Part shown: one piece after another, positions 27,701 to 37,300 of the stretch
How the letters are laid out: the number at the start of each line of letters is the position of its first letter
Position numbering within the stretch: the stretch's first letter is position 1
IMG/VR virus record: IMGVR_UViG_3300020473_000029
Location: 1-61,152 of that record
Origin: a virus
Lineage: Duplodnaviria; Caudoviricetes
Reading direction: 5' to 3' (one strand)
DNA length: 61,152 bases
Program-made: the position numbers and the translations under genes
The notes under the pieces: generated by a model
Told to the model about the DNA's origin: nothing
Seen by the model: only the letters and a program-made list of their open reading frames with translations
The model's database searches: none

Positions 27701-29675
27701 AACAACTACTTCCACAGTTACAGTAAATGTGGGTGTATCCTCTGCAACACATAGTTCTAGAGTACAAGTATTTGATAAAACTATCACTGGTGATGTTTCT
27801 GGTGTAACAGGTCAATATAGTCCTGCTGATTGTGCTAATGTCGTATCGTCAGTTCATACTTTAGTTGGAATTGTTACTGAAGCAATTGACGCTAACACAT
27901 TACCAGCAACAAGAACTATTAGTTCTTTCAATACGTTTGAAGTTGTTGATTATAAGATTGCAAGACAAGGTTATGGATTCAAACCTGGTGATGTATTTAA
28001 ACCAGTTGGTCTTGTTACACATGCAAGTTTAAGTTCTCCACAAAAAGAATTTGAATTAACAGTAGTTGATACATTTACTGATGGTTTCTCTGCTTGGCAA
28101 TTTGGTGAATTAGACTTTATTGATTCTATTAAGGATTTGCAAGATGGTAAAAGAACTCGTTTCCCACTTATATACAATGGAGATTTATTAAGTTTTGAAT
28201 CTGATGATGATATTGATTTAAATGCAGTATTATTAATCTTTATTGATGGTGTGATACAAGATCCTGGTGTTCATTACAATTTTGAAGGTGGTACATCGTT
28301 TATTTTAACTGCACCACCATCTGCAGAAAATAATGTATCAGTATTCTTCTATAGAGGAACTCGTGGAATAGATAGTAAATTTACAAATGTAGATGAAACT
28401 ATAAAAGTTGGTGATGTTGTAGAAATTAAACAGACAGAAAATTTAGCTGGTCAAGATCCAAGAACAGTTTCTGGTATTTCTAGTTCTGATGTTATGAGTA
28501 CTAACATATACACAGGAGAAAATATATTTGATGCAAATGATCCTCAATATGCTCCACCAAATCCAGTTCCTTGGAGACTTATGGATTGGAATAAGCAGAA
28601 ACGTGATAAGACTATTGAAGGTGAGATTATTTCCAAAGCAAGAGATTCTATTGAAGGTATGGTTTATCCTACTGCTAGAATTATCGGTGATTTCCCAATA
28701 CAATCTAATGGAATTTCTACAATATTTGTAGATGACGCACAATTCTTTAATTATGAAGAAAATGAATCAAGTATTAATATTGTTAATGTTGATGCTAAGA
28801 TTTTTGAAAATCAAGTATCTGTAGCAGCATCATTATCAGCAACAGTTGGTACTGGTGGAACAATAAGTGCTTTAACTGTCATTAGTGGTGGTTCTGGTTA
28901 TGTTGGAAGTATGGTTACTGTATCAATAGCAAGACCATATGGTAATACTTATACTGGTACTGCAACAACTGCAACTGCTCTTGTTCCAGTTGTAGATGGA
29001 TCATTATCTGGTATTGCAAGTATTGGAATGTTGGGTGGTTCTGGGTATGATTCAACAAATCCACCATTAGTTATAGCACCAATGCCATCATTTAATGTTG
29101 GTGAATCTATTTCTGGAATTGCAACAGTTAAAGGATTCTCTGGAATTCTTACTGGTATTGGTACAACTGCAGGAATAAATGGTGCTCCATTGGCATTAGA
29201 ATTCCATATTGCTTCTGAAACAATCCTTGGATTAAATAATGATCTTAAGGCAGGTTATCCTATCTATATTCATGGTACTAATGTTGGAAATGGTGTTACT
29301 TCAATTAACACAGTTGATGCTAGTGTTGTTGGAATAGGAACTTCACGTATAGATAATATCTACATCGTTGATGGTTATCATCCTTTTGGTAATCCAGCAA
29401 ATAGTGGAATTATCACATGCAATATTAAATCTAATACAACAATGACTGATTTTGGTACTGCAAATGCTGCTGGATTTGTTGCAACAGCAACTACAACAAC
29501 GCCTGATATAGGTAGATTTACATGGGGTTTATTGCAAGGAAGTTCTAGATCATCTACAGTTTCTATTGGAGTTACAGGACTCACTATAGACGCTGGATTG
29601 AGTACATTCCCAACGATTCAGAGAAGAGGATTTGGATTAAGAGATTCTGGTGCTCTCAGAAAGGATCTTGGGTAG
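15789..29675 (+). CDS. gp7: Giant baseplate wedge initiator gp7-like structural protein, 4628 aa
   Basis: Lies between gp6 and gp8; SKGT..SFRILF motif, DNDYYQNLSY...LLHSSG conserved block and many internal repeats. Confidence 0.82.
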   Translation: MIQTGFEQRVNIQQVIDSQLPEFLLDESPKSAEFLKQYYLSQEFQSGPTDLAVNLDQYLKLNNYSQEVIQGETTLYAGISTNTDTIEVYSTKGFPNQYGLFKIDDEIITYTGLTTNTFTGCKRGFSGITSYRTDLESEELVFSSTSEQTHASQAKVTNLSALFLKEFYRKLKYTYTPGLEDVEFVKDLDVNNFIKESRSLYESKGTEESFRILFNVLYGVEPQIIDLEQYLPKPSTAEFLRREIVVAERVGNTGDPTKLVGQTITKSTDSATKASVSEVEPFTRSGISTYYKMGLFVGFSDRALIEGTFNIQAKSKVVNPVSAGSSVITVDSTIGFGATGTLISDSNVITYSDKSINQFLGCKNIVYPIGISSDVRTNEVFFGYEDGDTSKKVEFRLTGVLSEFEATSDITSTTEGQYLYVKNVGEKIKNPEQNKTFKQIFANSWIYNTSSRFDITNINQSTRTLTLSAEIDPSSLKKGDTVDILKKSTQNIAFSGAIIDIITPGTKQIELRDLLGFTVDPNETYTIRRRIKTATSTGTPLSYGQNQLTVDIQNVYNENDENFYIGSNSLPAGNITKNTIKETISTTTLNSLQGYDPATQQYYIISFPVTSVDFVTGDRIYYNPETTQLKGLDEGYYYVKVLDAPNNNQIKLYQSRSLIELDGTLDPKTGSPMNTAMGFVGDGSNNHSFILAHQKSDKIFPQKLLKKFPSKQNLQKGEVTKTIPGSTGMLVNGVEVINYKSVDKVYYGPLEKVVVYGQGKDYDVVNPPKVTVATGVGITALIQPVIGEGVIKDVLVDPHEFDIENVDSVSISGGNGSGAELSPVMGLRYREVEFDVRELSNGGGIDVTQDTITFLTDHGFSNGQPLVYNSRGNEAVGISSVYGYSANNADVDIKLQSNAIYYAQWVNNKTIKLFHTTGDQQAGINTVGLTTSHAQGIHKFRTAKATNVLRSVKVLNGGSGYTNRELKVTPAGISTVSNTINFKNHGFNDGDKIVYNTGGTSIEGLTVETGITSTSQHYQVLKIDDNSFRLADSGIGGTITSNYTRKNNVNLVSIGSSHHNFKYPNIEVSIATGISTVATGVITATPVVRGKITDAYLYEAGTGYGSTIINFHKKPIISIKSGKGAEFKPVIVDGKVSQVLVSVSGSGYTSPPDLTLVGIGSGIGAKFRPVVQNGEVSHVIVINEGRNYDVNTSIASTAIGLNGFIEPYVRELTWNNGSRFGDEILVENVDGLEYGWVGYSTALGQKEYGDNLRNHSPIIGWAYDGNPIYGPVGYSDPEDDSSSRIMLSGYSLIPSNITDRPSFSNGSFVEDYEYTNAGDLDKHNGRYCKTPEFPNGTYAYFASVDFTTLVSTFPYFIGDTYRSVGIGQTVDQNFNFNNSDLVRNTFPYKVNDLFANNDFIVEPYEITQQRAVVDSVVKGSIENIIVNESGDGYIVGDTARFDNTGTNGGGLSAFVSKLKGKTIVDINTEVEDYQTTTLIWDNSNQVSVHIDPVHALVDEDNVVISGVSTYIAGLTQSHVIGVTSERTFLLAPVPSNSTVGYVTDIYVSSIPDSVSVGSTFSIKSERVSVLDTFEKNKVIRIVRGESVGAAYTASTELNTVPSSFTIPLETPLFESKLNDVRYFNPLHSVGIGTTTGGTTTKNYRIGEADIPVSIANQSIYIPNHPFKQNQKLTFKKYNSSSQNIGISTEPDSSILSLPELGVIQTVYVINKSKDFIGLTTQIGLTTSTNGLYFRSFTSNADDRDYRYSLTSNYTQETAKAEKITATVAVSTSHGMLNNDVIDLSVRSNQSVGIGTSTAVRVKYHSGSDKLIVNPTTFAHTALNASKNELTLTDHGFKTGDKVFYDSTTSQPLVGLGTGGYYTYRVDDNKFQLSHTRYDTEQNPPIIISLDTPSAGSTHQISKINPQINVINNNNLVFDVSDTTLSGYDFKIYYDKEFNNELVSVGGTVTDFVISDFGGAVGCGTTSTLTLNYTNQLPTKLYYNLERTGYISTSDTNVKNSSEIIFGNSVYDNTFAISGVAATSFKFSLNSLPETLQYTQSNTDILEYSTSSTTANGGVDAMRITSGGLNYKKLPSFKSINSTNGQNADIIPASTSIGRIKQVTVENAGFEYSADKTLRPEAYVSPDIVVINRNTITNIEVITGGTGYTNTPNLVVVNPDTGLKYDSGIFKAEIQGSSIDNVEIVQAPKGLSDVTNIIYSLNNTNGSGIETCMSSTSGILTCFITTPIAGFATPPFAVGDKVFVEGIVNIGFNTTGTGFNSEDYGFKFFNVSAYDPSVNPVKVEVDLSEFVTNAGLAVTNQNGYASLINQNNYPTFKLTQEPLDFIEGETLLTAVGTAQSITSYIERDIVITHTLSDGIKVFGTYDLEKDQIILGKRSGTLATIKSTNDNEAYYRVDYSLRQDRGWSDDIGKLNVDYQVLPDNDYYQNLSYTIKSPIEWEDLVNPVNRLLHSSGLKNFADTGITTTTNVTAGTSLDSDSITIIDIIGEKRVDTISDFDFAIDIDTLSNNKSRFIKLKTKRLSDYIDCNTNRVLAIDDISGSFSRSDKVSDLFSDLLTYSVSEGYNRFLVQVVNPNNKERQATDVITLTNSYGGQYGQVYTIEKGSIGIGTAGTRVGDIGGNIDSEGILTLRFDPIDPYTHDYDIKVIRTSFNSSLAGIGTTKFGFIDIDSRNQIVASNTTVGIITANIDENEGFYANVEIINATTDDTTYVEMFVDQDGTNSYISDFWVDNRGSNSKFIGAFTSNISSGVLSIDYENDEANSVLVRSRIVGFGTTSVGIGTYRFLSTGQSPETEKTARYEAKYALTAASPSVTNVFSLDKTDATTIKTIAKVGYGLTSALHQILSIGDETDIYTTQYPFLSIGSTSGIGTFGSEYSGSNAILKFYPDAGVSQEITIQTYSEVIQTDRDLLNVPNDLSYGPVNERYLLGTYDGQNRNRLNKDEFVIRHEGVPIYAKTFDPATTVNLSTGLFTINDHFLNTGEKLEYRSTSTFSNITASDMVMSNGSVLPADLYAIKVSDNTFNVATTKANAVAGTNVTFNTAGAGNAHKIGMVKKAEKTVLSLDGVVQSPLTWTPINHTLANNGGSIGVGDTYFALSGISSIVSNDVLKIGNEYIKVVNVGLGTLAVGPITADGTFNVIEAERGFVGTTAATHNDGAEARVYLGAFNLIDSTIYFTQPPIGNNAKPIDPDTNLKTPRSTFGGRVFMRQDYDTNQIYDNISKSFTGIGATYTLSVNGINTTGIETGSGIVFINNIFQTPSTVNNTGNNYSFSEDSNVGVSSIKFTGITDDSGNILLSDEDVNKNQLPRGGVIVSLGSTLGVGYAPPVGAAVSAVLNSSGGITAVGIGTTDNNGSGYRGVVGVGVTDEAYVHKFVSAATGAVTGTGGPFTPTNAVYESHTGILTLTIPSHGRSSGNVQLVNNSLVFTCSRDGHASEHTYPRATDPAANGNNLALTKIDNDTISINVGAGGGKGTGATVTATVGAGGTIIFGVSAAGSNYVNPKFVVSPPPSYENLPVVGVSRRGLGATTETGKGLLVTLDVGPASPTPQDNKFGDAADLIDKNRLLISETAARRMKERFPSYNYPSGFVEQDCIDDVIDVLEAVSYNMRYGGNDKTYDASRFYIDGFYSNPAPVTGEEEQVVYAMMEARDMASLALANKPIGRFEGAQYAHTYSGGTATNAVVSGGDYDHTFVSAVTNGINGSLTPNGATYIAGTGVLTLTFASAHGVADGGNVTIADYSLVFTCDRDNNQTNHAYPRSDDPASGSTLSATLISPTSFSVNVGTSPLVFKNVVTGSNPEKTSYDPLTGDLVLNVGSGHGFLAPTTLATPTAALYAPTTGVLRLTIPGHGLAVGDYIKIVDDSLTFTCARDNHSTEHKYPRFGDPASGEWINVNQRSANRIWVNIGKSPDISAHTFVSARQGVSKANSNIGIGTQLLGFKCTRDATSANPEGVSQVLYPRSTDRFCWNKNQISIASTTTSTVTVNVGVSSATHSSRVQVFDKTITGDVSGVTGQYSPADCANVVSSVHTLVGIVTEAIDANTLPATRTISSFNTFEVVDYKIARQGYGFKPGDVFKPVGLVTHASLSSPQKEFELTVVDTFTDGFSAWQFGELDFIDSIKDLQDGKRTRFPLIYNGDLLSFESDDDIDLNAVLLIFIDGVIQDPGVHYNFEGGTSFILTAPPSAENNVSVFFYRGTRGIDSKFTNVDETIKVGDVVEIKQTENLAGQDPRTVSGISSSDVMSTNIYTGENIFDANDPQYAPPNPVPWRLMDWNKQKRDKTIEGEIISKARDSIEGMVYPTARIIGDFPIQSNGISTIFVDDAQFFNYEENESSINIVNVDAKIFENQVSVAASLSATVGTGGTISALTVISGGSGYVGSMVTVSIARPYGNTYTGTATTATALVPVVDGSLSGIASIGMLGGSGYDSTNPPLVIAPMPSFNVGESISGIATVKGFSGILTGIGTTAGINGAPLALEFHIASETILGLNNDLKAGYPIYIHGTNVGNGVTSINTVDASVVGIGTSRIDNIYIVDGYHPFGNPANSGIITCNIKSNTTMTDFGTANAAGFVATATTTTPDIGRFTWGLLQGSSRSSTVSIGVTGLTIDAGLSTFPTIQRRGFGLRDSGALRKDLG

Positions 29676-29710
29676 TATAAATAAAGAAAAAAAGCTATTA
29701 AAATAGTATA

Positions 29711-31297
29711 ATGCCAGCCATTGTAACAGATCAGTTCAGAATATTAAATGCAGGTAATTTTGTTGATTCAATTACCGATGATGCAAATTCATATTATGTT
29801 TTTGTAGGATTATCAAATGCAACATCAACTGGTCAATATAAAAAAAGTGATTGGGATGATAAAACACCCAATCCTGTAGATAATTATGATTATCATGGAT
29901 TTATTAGTGATAATATGTCTTATGGTAAAAGAATTACTTCTGCAAATGTAAAAAGACTTGCTAAGAGATATAATTGGACAAGGGGTGCAAAATACGAAAT
30001 GTACCGTCATGATTATAGTGTAGATAATAAAACATCATCTGGTTTGAATCGATTATATGATTCTAAGTATTATGTGATGAATAGTGATTATAAAGTTTAT
30101 ATTTGTATTGATAATGGAACTACAGGATTATCAACTACACCTAATGCATCTTTAGATGAACCAAATTTTACAGATTTAGAACCATCTAAGGCAGGTAGTG
30201 GTGGTGATGGATATGTTTGGAAATATCTTTTCACCGTTACTCCGAGTGATATTATTAAGTTTGATTCTACTGATTATATTTCATTACCAAGTAATTGGTC
30301 ATCATCAACTGATGCTCAAGTAACTACAGTAAGAAATAATGGAGATTCTTCTGTTAATGATAATCAAATTAAAAAAGTTTTTATTAAAAATAGAGGAGAT
30401 GGATATTCTACAGGATCACATGAACTTAATATCCTTGGTGATGGTTCAGGTGGTAAAGTAGTAGTTGATGTAGATACTAACGGTTATATAACAAATACTG
30501 TTGTATCTGCTGGTGGTAAAGGATATAGCTTTGGTGTAGTTGATACTGGATCAATTAGAGGTGCAGGTGCAGGTACAGTTGAAGCAAATTTAGTTCCAAT
30601 TATTCCACCATCAAAAGGTCATGGATTTGACATCTATAAAGAATTGGGGGCAGATAAGGTTTTAGTTTATGCTAGATTTGATGATTCTACAAAGGATTTT
30701 CCAACAAATACAACATTTGCTCAAATTGGAATAGTTAAGAATCCAACTACTGTTGGAACTGCTAGTTCAGTTTTTGTACAAAACCAATACTCATCATTAA
30801 GTGCTTTTAAATTCTCTTCAGTAACTAATGAATCTTTAACGGTACCAGCAATTGGTCAAAGGATTCATCAGACTACTCCACAAGGAACTGCTCAAGGGTA
30901 TATTGCATCATATGATAGAGAAACTAAAGTTCTTAAGTATGTTCAAGATAGAACCTTGTATATGAATCCATCCACTAATGATACTCAAGATCATGCTGGA
31001 ATTAGTACAACTGGTAATGTTCTTGAATTCTATACTGCAGATCCTAATTCAGCAGCAACAGTTAATACTGTTGTAAGTGATGATGGATTTACTGGAACAA
31101 TAGATCGTGATTTTACAGGAATAAGTACAAATCCATCTGGAAATAAACTTATTACTTTGGGACTCAATTTCACATATGGACATGCTCCTGCTGAGATAAA
31201 TAAAGGGTCGGGTGAAATAATCTACATAGATAATCGTCCTGAGATTAATAGAAACTCTAGACAAAAGGAAGACGTAAAAATCATCTTGGAATTTTAA
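29711..31297 (+). CDS. gp8: Baseplate wedge subunit gp8
   Basis: YKVYICIDN, DGYVWKYLF and GEIIYIDNR...QKEDVKIILEF motifs. Confidence 0.9.
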   Translation: MPAIVTDQFRILNAGNFVDSITDDANSYYVFVGLSNATSTGQYKKSDWDDKTPNPVDNYDYHGFISDNMSYGKRITSANVKRLAKRYNWTRGAKYEMYRHDYSVDNKTSSGLNRLYDSKYYVMNSDYKVYICIDNGTTGLSTTPNASLDEPNFTDLEPSKAGSGGDGYVWKYLFTVTPSDIIKFDSTDYISLPSNWSSSTDAQVTTVRNNGDSSVNDNQIKKVFIKNRGDGYSTGSHELNILGDGSGGKVVVDVDTNGYITNTVVSAGGKGYSFGVVDTGSIRGAGAGTVEANLVPIIPPSKGHGFDIYKELGADKVLVYARFDDSTKDFPTNTTFAQIGIVKNPTTVGTASSVFVQNQYSSLSAFKFSSVTNESLTVPAIGQRIHQTTPQGTAQGYIASYDRETKVLKYVQDRTLYMNPSTNDTQDHAGISTTGNVLEFYTADPNSAATVNTVVSDDGFTGTIDRDFTGISTNPSGNKLITLGLNFTYGHAPAEINKGSGEIIYIDNRPEINRNSRQKEDVKIILEF

Positions 31298-31300
31298 AAA

Positions 31301-34300
31301 ATGCCACAAAAAACGAACCTCAATATAAACCCTTATTACGATGATTTTAAAAAGTCGAATAACTATTATCGTGTCTTGTACAAACCAGGACATCCGATAC
31401 AAGCAAGGGAATTAACAACATCACAATCAATTCTACAAAATCAATTAGAATCGTTTGGTAGTCATATATTTCAAGAAGGTGCTATGGTAATCCCTGGTGG
31501 GGTTATGTGCGATTCACAATATGCTGCTGTCAAGTTAAATCCAGATCATTTAGGGGTTAATATATCTGTTTATGCTAGTTTTTTGGTTGGAAAACGTTTA
31601 AGAGGTGAAAGTTCAGGTGTAGTTGCAGTTGTTGATAGTTATAGTGATATTAATGAAAATGAAGGTGTTACACATTTAACTATATGGGTTAAGTATGTTC
31701 GTGGTGGTACTGATAATGAAACTTCAACATTTATTGATGGTGAAATATTAATTACAGAAGATGCATTTACCTACGGAAATACTACAATTAATGTAGAAGA
31801 TACTGTTGCATCTATTATTTCTGAAAATGCAAAAGGCGTAGGATATTCTGTAGCTATTGAAAAAGGTGTTTATTTTATTAGGGGAACTTTTGTTGATGTA
31901 TCTAAAGATAGGATTGTTTTAGATCCATATACAAATAATTCTTCATATAGAGTAGGTTTAACTATTTCTGAAGAAATAATATCTTCTAAAGAAGATGAAT
32001 CATTATATGATAATGCTAAGGGATTTTCAAATTATGCTGCTCCAGGTGCAGATAGATTAAAGATTTCTACAAAATTATCTAAAAAATTATTAACTGATAA
32101 TGATGATAAGACATTTGTTGAATTGGTTAGAGTTGAAAATGGAGAAATTAAGAAAATTAAAAGTCAAAATGAATATTCTATAATTAAAGATTATTTTGCT
32201 AAAAGAACATTTGAAGAGTCTGGTGATTATGCTGTAGATAGATTTATAGTTGATGTTGAAGAATTATTAGATAATAGAAAAGGAAATGATGGTATATTCC
32301 TTGATACTCAAATAACTTCAGATGGTAATGTTCCTACTGAGGATATGGTAGCAGTTAATGTATCTGCAGGTAAGGCATATGTTAAAGGTTATGATGTAGA
32401 ATCTGTAGGTACAACTACTGTTGATGTAGATAAACCAAGAGATATACAAAAAGTTGATACCGCAATGGTACCATTTGAATTTGGATTATCAATACGTCTT
32501 AATAATGTTGTTGGTACACCTTTACTTGCTGTTAATAATTCTAGTAATACTGTAGATTTGTATAGTGGTAGAAGAAGTGCTACATCTGGTACTGATACTT
32601 TAATAGGAAAGGCAAGAGTATATTCATTCTCTGTAACTGATGCACCATATACAGGTGCTGCAACTGAATTTGATTTATATCTTTATGATGTTCAGACATA
32701 TACCATAATAACTTTAAATGAATCCATTTCTTCTACAGATGCTCCCATATCAACTCGTGTTAGAGGTGTTAGTAGTGGGGCAACAGGATTTATTGTTGAA
32801 AATCCAAGTACTACTGCAAAATTAACAGAAACTTCTGGTACATTTTTACAAGGAGAAAGATTAATATTTAATGAAGAAGAAAATTCTTCTAATGCTAATG
32901 GTGTTAATAGAACAGTAAAATCTGTCGATACATGGGGTATTAATGATGTTAAATCAGTATTTCAGGATAGTACTGCTCTTGGATTAGACAATGATTTTAT
33001 TGCTGATCTTGCATTACAACCTCGTATTCTTTCAGGATTTAGTGTTACTGATGAAATTGAGGTTGCTGCAACAACAGGTGTTACAAAATGTCCTGGAAGA
33101 AATTTTGCAGCAAAACTTAAAGTAGGATCTCTTATTAGTTATCAACGTTCTGATAATAATGATCTTACCTTGAATAAAGTTACTGCTAATGATGGTTCTA
33201 CTATAACATTAGATGATACACCACTTGATGTTACTGGATTATATGATAATAATTCTGATTTGGCATATGTAGGTACTTTTAGAGTAATGGTACCAATTGT
33301 TAGAAATAATGGTGGATTATATGCAAAACTTGACGAACGTGCAATATCTTCTGTTGATTTTTCATCTTCAAGTCTTGCGGTAGAGACACAAATAAATGAT
33401 CTCACTACAGATTCTGATGGTGCTCTTACTTTTGGTGTAGGAAATATTACAACAGCAAATGCAGGTATTACAACATCATTCTTTGAAACTTTTGATGCTG
33501 AAAGATATAGTATTCATTATAATGCTGGTGCAATTGATCCATTAACATCCGATAAATTTACATTAACAAATAATGGCAAAACAGTTAATTTTACAGGATT
33601 AACTGCGTCTCAAACTAATAATGTTACTGTTAATGCTACTGTTCTAAAACAAGGTATTACAAGTAAGCAAAAAGATTATTTAAGAAGTGAAAAACGTAAT
33701 GTTACTCTTTCAAAATCAGCAGCATCTACTGCAACTACTGGTTTAACTCAAAATAAATTCTACGGTCTTAGAGTTGAAGATAGGGAAATTTCTTTAAATG
33801 TTCCAGATGTTGCTAAAGTTATTGGTGTATACGAATCATTAAATACATCTGCTCCTATTTTAGATAAAATCTCTATTCCATCAGGATTTACTTTAACATC
33901 AAATGCATTGTTGGGTGAAGAGATTATAGGAACAGAAAGCGGAACAGTAGTTCAAATTACAAACATACCTGATGATACAAGTGTAGAATTTGCATATCTC
34001 AATAGTAATAAGTTTGAAGTTGGTGAAGTAATTAAATTTAGAGAGTCTGATATAACTACAACTATAGTTACAATTACCAATGGTTCATATCAAAATGTTA
34101 CTAACGAATTTACTTTAGATAGAGGACATAGAGAAACTCATCATGATTATTCTAGGATTGTAAGAACTAGTACATCATATATTCCAACTTATCAACTCTT
34201 AGTTGTGTATGATAAGTATCGTGTTCCTGCTAATGATAATGGTGATGTTTTTACAGTAAATTCTTATCCACAATCAAGATATGGTGAAATTCCACAATTA

Positions 34301-37300
34301 CCAGATGGAACAAGATTATCAGATGTTCTTGATTTTAGACCAAGAGTATCAGATTTTTCAGTTACTAATAAGTCTCCATTTGCATTTGGAAGTAGAGATT
34401 TTGGTGTTACTGGAAACAATCCATCTTTAATAGTTAAACCAAATGAATCTTCAATAATTGGTTTTGATCATTATCTACCAAGAATGGATAGACTTGTTCT
34501 CACAAAAGCTGGTAAATTTACTGTAATAAAAGGAGAATCTTCATTAAATCCAAAATTCCCAGTGAATGTTGAAGATGCAATGGATATTGCAACTATAGAA
34601 TATCCAGCATACTTATTTGATGTCAGAAATGCAAGAGTTGTGCATATTGACAATAGAAGATATACAATGAGAGATATTGGAAAAATTGAGGATAGAGTAG
34701 AGAATTTAGAGACTATAACATCACTTACAATGCTTGAATTGGATACTAAGTCCTTACAGGTTAAAGATGCTGATGGATTTGATAGGTTTAAAAGTGGTTT
34801 CTTTGTTGATGATTATCGTGATGATCAAAGATTTGAACAAAATTCAAATGCTAGTGTAGATCCTAGAACTAATGAGTTAATAACTCCTATTGATTTTGAA
34901 ACAATTAAACCAGAACTTGCATTAGATCCAGCAGTTGATGTATCAACCGCAGATTTTTCGGCAGATCTTAATTTATTAGATCCTAATGTAAAGAAAACTG
35001 GAGATATATTGACTCTTAATTATACTGAAAAAGAGTGGATTAAACAACCATTAGCATCAATAGTTGAAAATGTTAATCCATTTAGTATGGTTGAGTATAA
35101 TGGTAATGTAAAACTTTCTCCAGCATCTGATAACTGGGTAAGAACTGTTTATATTGATGGTGGAGTTAGAAACGTTACTGCTGGAGTTTCTGGTAATAGT
35201 GTTACTTGGGCAGGTCAAGGTGGATCTCAACAAAGTGCTGGATGGACTACATCTGGTACTGGAACTGGTAGTGGTGAATCATGGCAACCAGATGAGAATA
35301 CAGTATATGCTTCTGGTGCTGGATCTAGAACACTCGATACATTTATAGAAACTATATTAACTGGTAGTGCTGCTGATACTCATATACGTTCAAGGAACGT
35401 TACTTTTAATGCTCATGGACTAGCTCCATATACAAAATATCATTCATTCTTTGATGGTCAAAGTGGTTTAGATATTATTCCAAAATTGGTTCAGATTTCA
35501 ATGAATTCTGGTGCATTTACTGCAGGTGAAACCGTTCATGGATATATTGGAGCAGAATTGTTATTTGTAGCAAGATTATGTTCTCCTAGTCATAAAGAAG
35601 GACCACTTACTGCACCTACAACAACTATGGGTAACAATCCATATGATAGAGGTATTATTTTATCTTTAGCATATTCTGCATCTGCTACAGTATTGAATAT
35701 TGATCTCAATGGATTGCATGAAGAAGCAAGAGGAGAATTCTATGGTTATATCACAAAAGGAATGACCATATTGGGTACAACTTCTAATGCGGAAGCAACT
35801 GTTTCAGATATTAACTTAATTACAGACAATTGGGGTGATTTAGCAGGATCATTCTTTATCAGATGTCCTTTAATGAATCCAGCACCTCCAAAGAGATTTA
35901 CAGTTGGAACTAAGACATTTAAATTAACTTCTAGTGATACTAATGCAGAACCACTACCTGGAAGTTTATTAATTCAAGCATGTGAGACCACTTATAAAAC
36001 CAGTGGTATAGTAGAAACATATAAACAGACAACAGTTGTTGTTAAAGACCCTCCTGCTCCCCCACCACCACCTCCAGCAGATGATGGAGATCCTTTAGCA
36101 CAATCATTTACAGTTGATGAAACTGGTGCTTATTTAACTGGTGTGGATTTCTTCTTTGGAAATAAAGATCCTCAAGAAAAAATTGCATGTGAATTAAGAA
36201 CAATGGAGTTGGGAACACCAACAAATATTATGGTTCAAGATTTTGCTAGAGTTGATTTGCATCCATCAGAAGTTAATACTTCTGCTGATGGTACAGTACC
36301 AACTAGATTCCAATTCCCATCACCAATTTATTTGGAACCAGAAAGGGAATATGCATTAGTTCTTAGAGCACCTACTACACTTCTTTATGAAGCATGGATT
36401 GCTCAAATGGGTGATAAAACCGTTGGAACATCAGATTTACCTGATGATGAAAATGTAATGGTTACTAAACAATATCTTGGTGGTAGTTTATTCAAATCAC
36501 AGAATGGAACTATATGGACAGCAAGCCAATTCCAAGATCTTAAATTTACTCTCCATAAGGCAGAGTTTGTACCAAGTGGAACTGCAACATTCTATAACCC
36601 AAATCTTAATTTATCTGAAGTTGGTCATACTGGATTAATTTACAATCCAATTAAAGTATTCCCAAGAAAATTAAAGGTTACTATTGATGCGGTTGCTGGC
36701 GGTTCAGGTACTTTAGATCAACCTGGTGCTAAGATTTCAGATGGAACTACAAATACAGATGCATTTGGTTATCTTGAAAGAGTTGGTGGTGGTGCTAATC
36801 AAGGAGCATTAACTCAAACTAATGCAGGTACTGGATATGAGAATGGTACATATACTGCTGTCCCTCTCTACACTATAACTGGTGCTGGATCAGGTGCTAC
36901 TGCAACAGTTGTTGTAGCTACAAATAAAGTTAGTAGTGTAACTATTGGATTAAATCAAAATGGATCTGGATACTCTGTAGGTGACGTTGTTGGTGTCACT
37001 ACAGCAGATGTAGGAAAAGGAAGTGGAGCTCAATTCTCAATTCCTTCTCTTCTCAATTATGATACATTATATCTAACTGATTGTCGAGGTGAAACTTTTG
37101 ATACGTCTGGTTCAACAGACTTCTATGTAGATGGAACTGTATTTAATACTGGTAGTACTCATATTACTGCATGTACTCAGACTGGAGGTGTTCTCTATAC
37201 AGGTAATGTTGTTGAGATTCAAAAACCTAATCATGCAATGCATGGTGCTAATAACTTAGTAACTCTTGAAAATATTCAACCAAATAGTGTTCAAACATCA

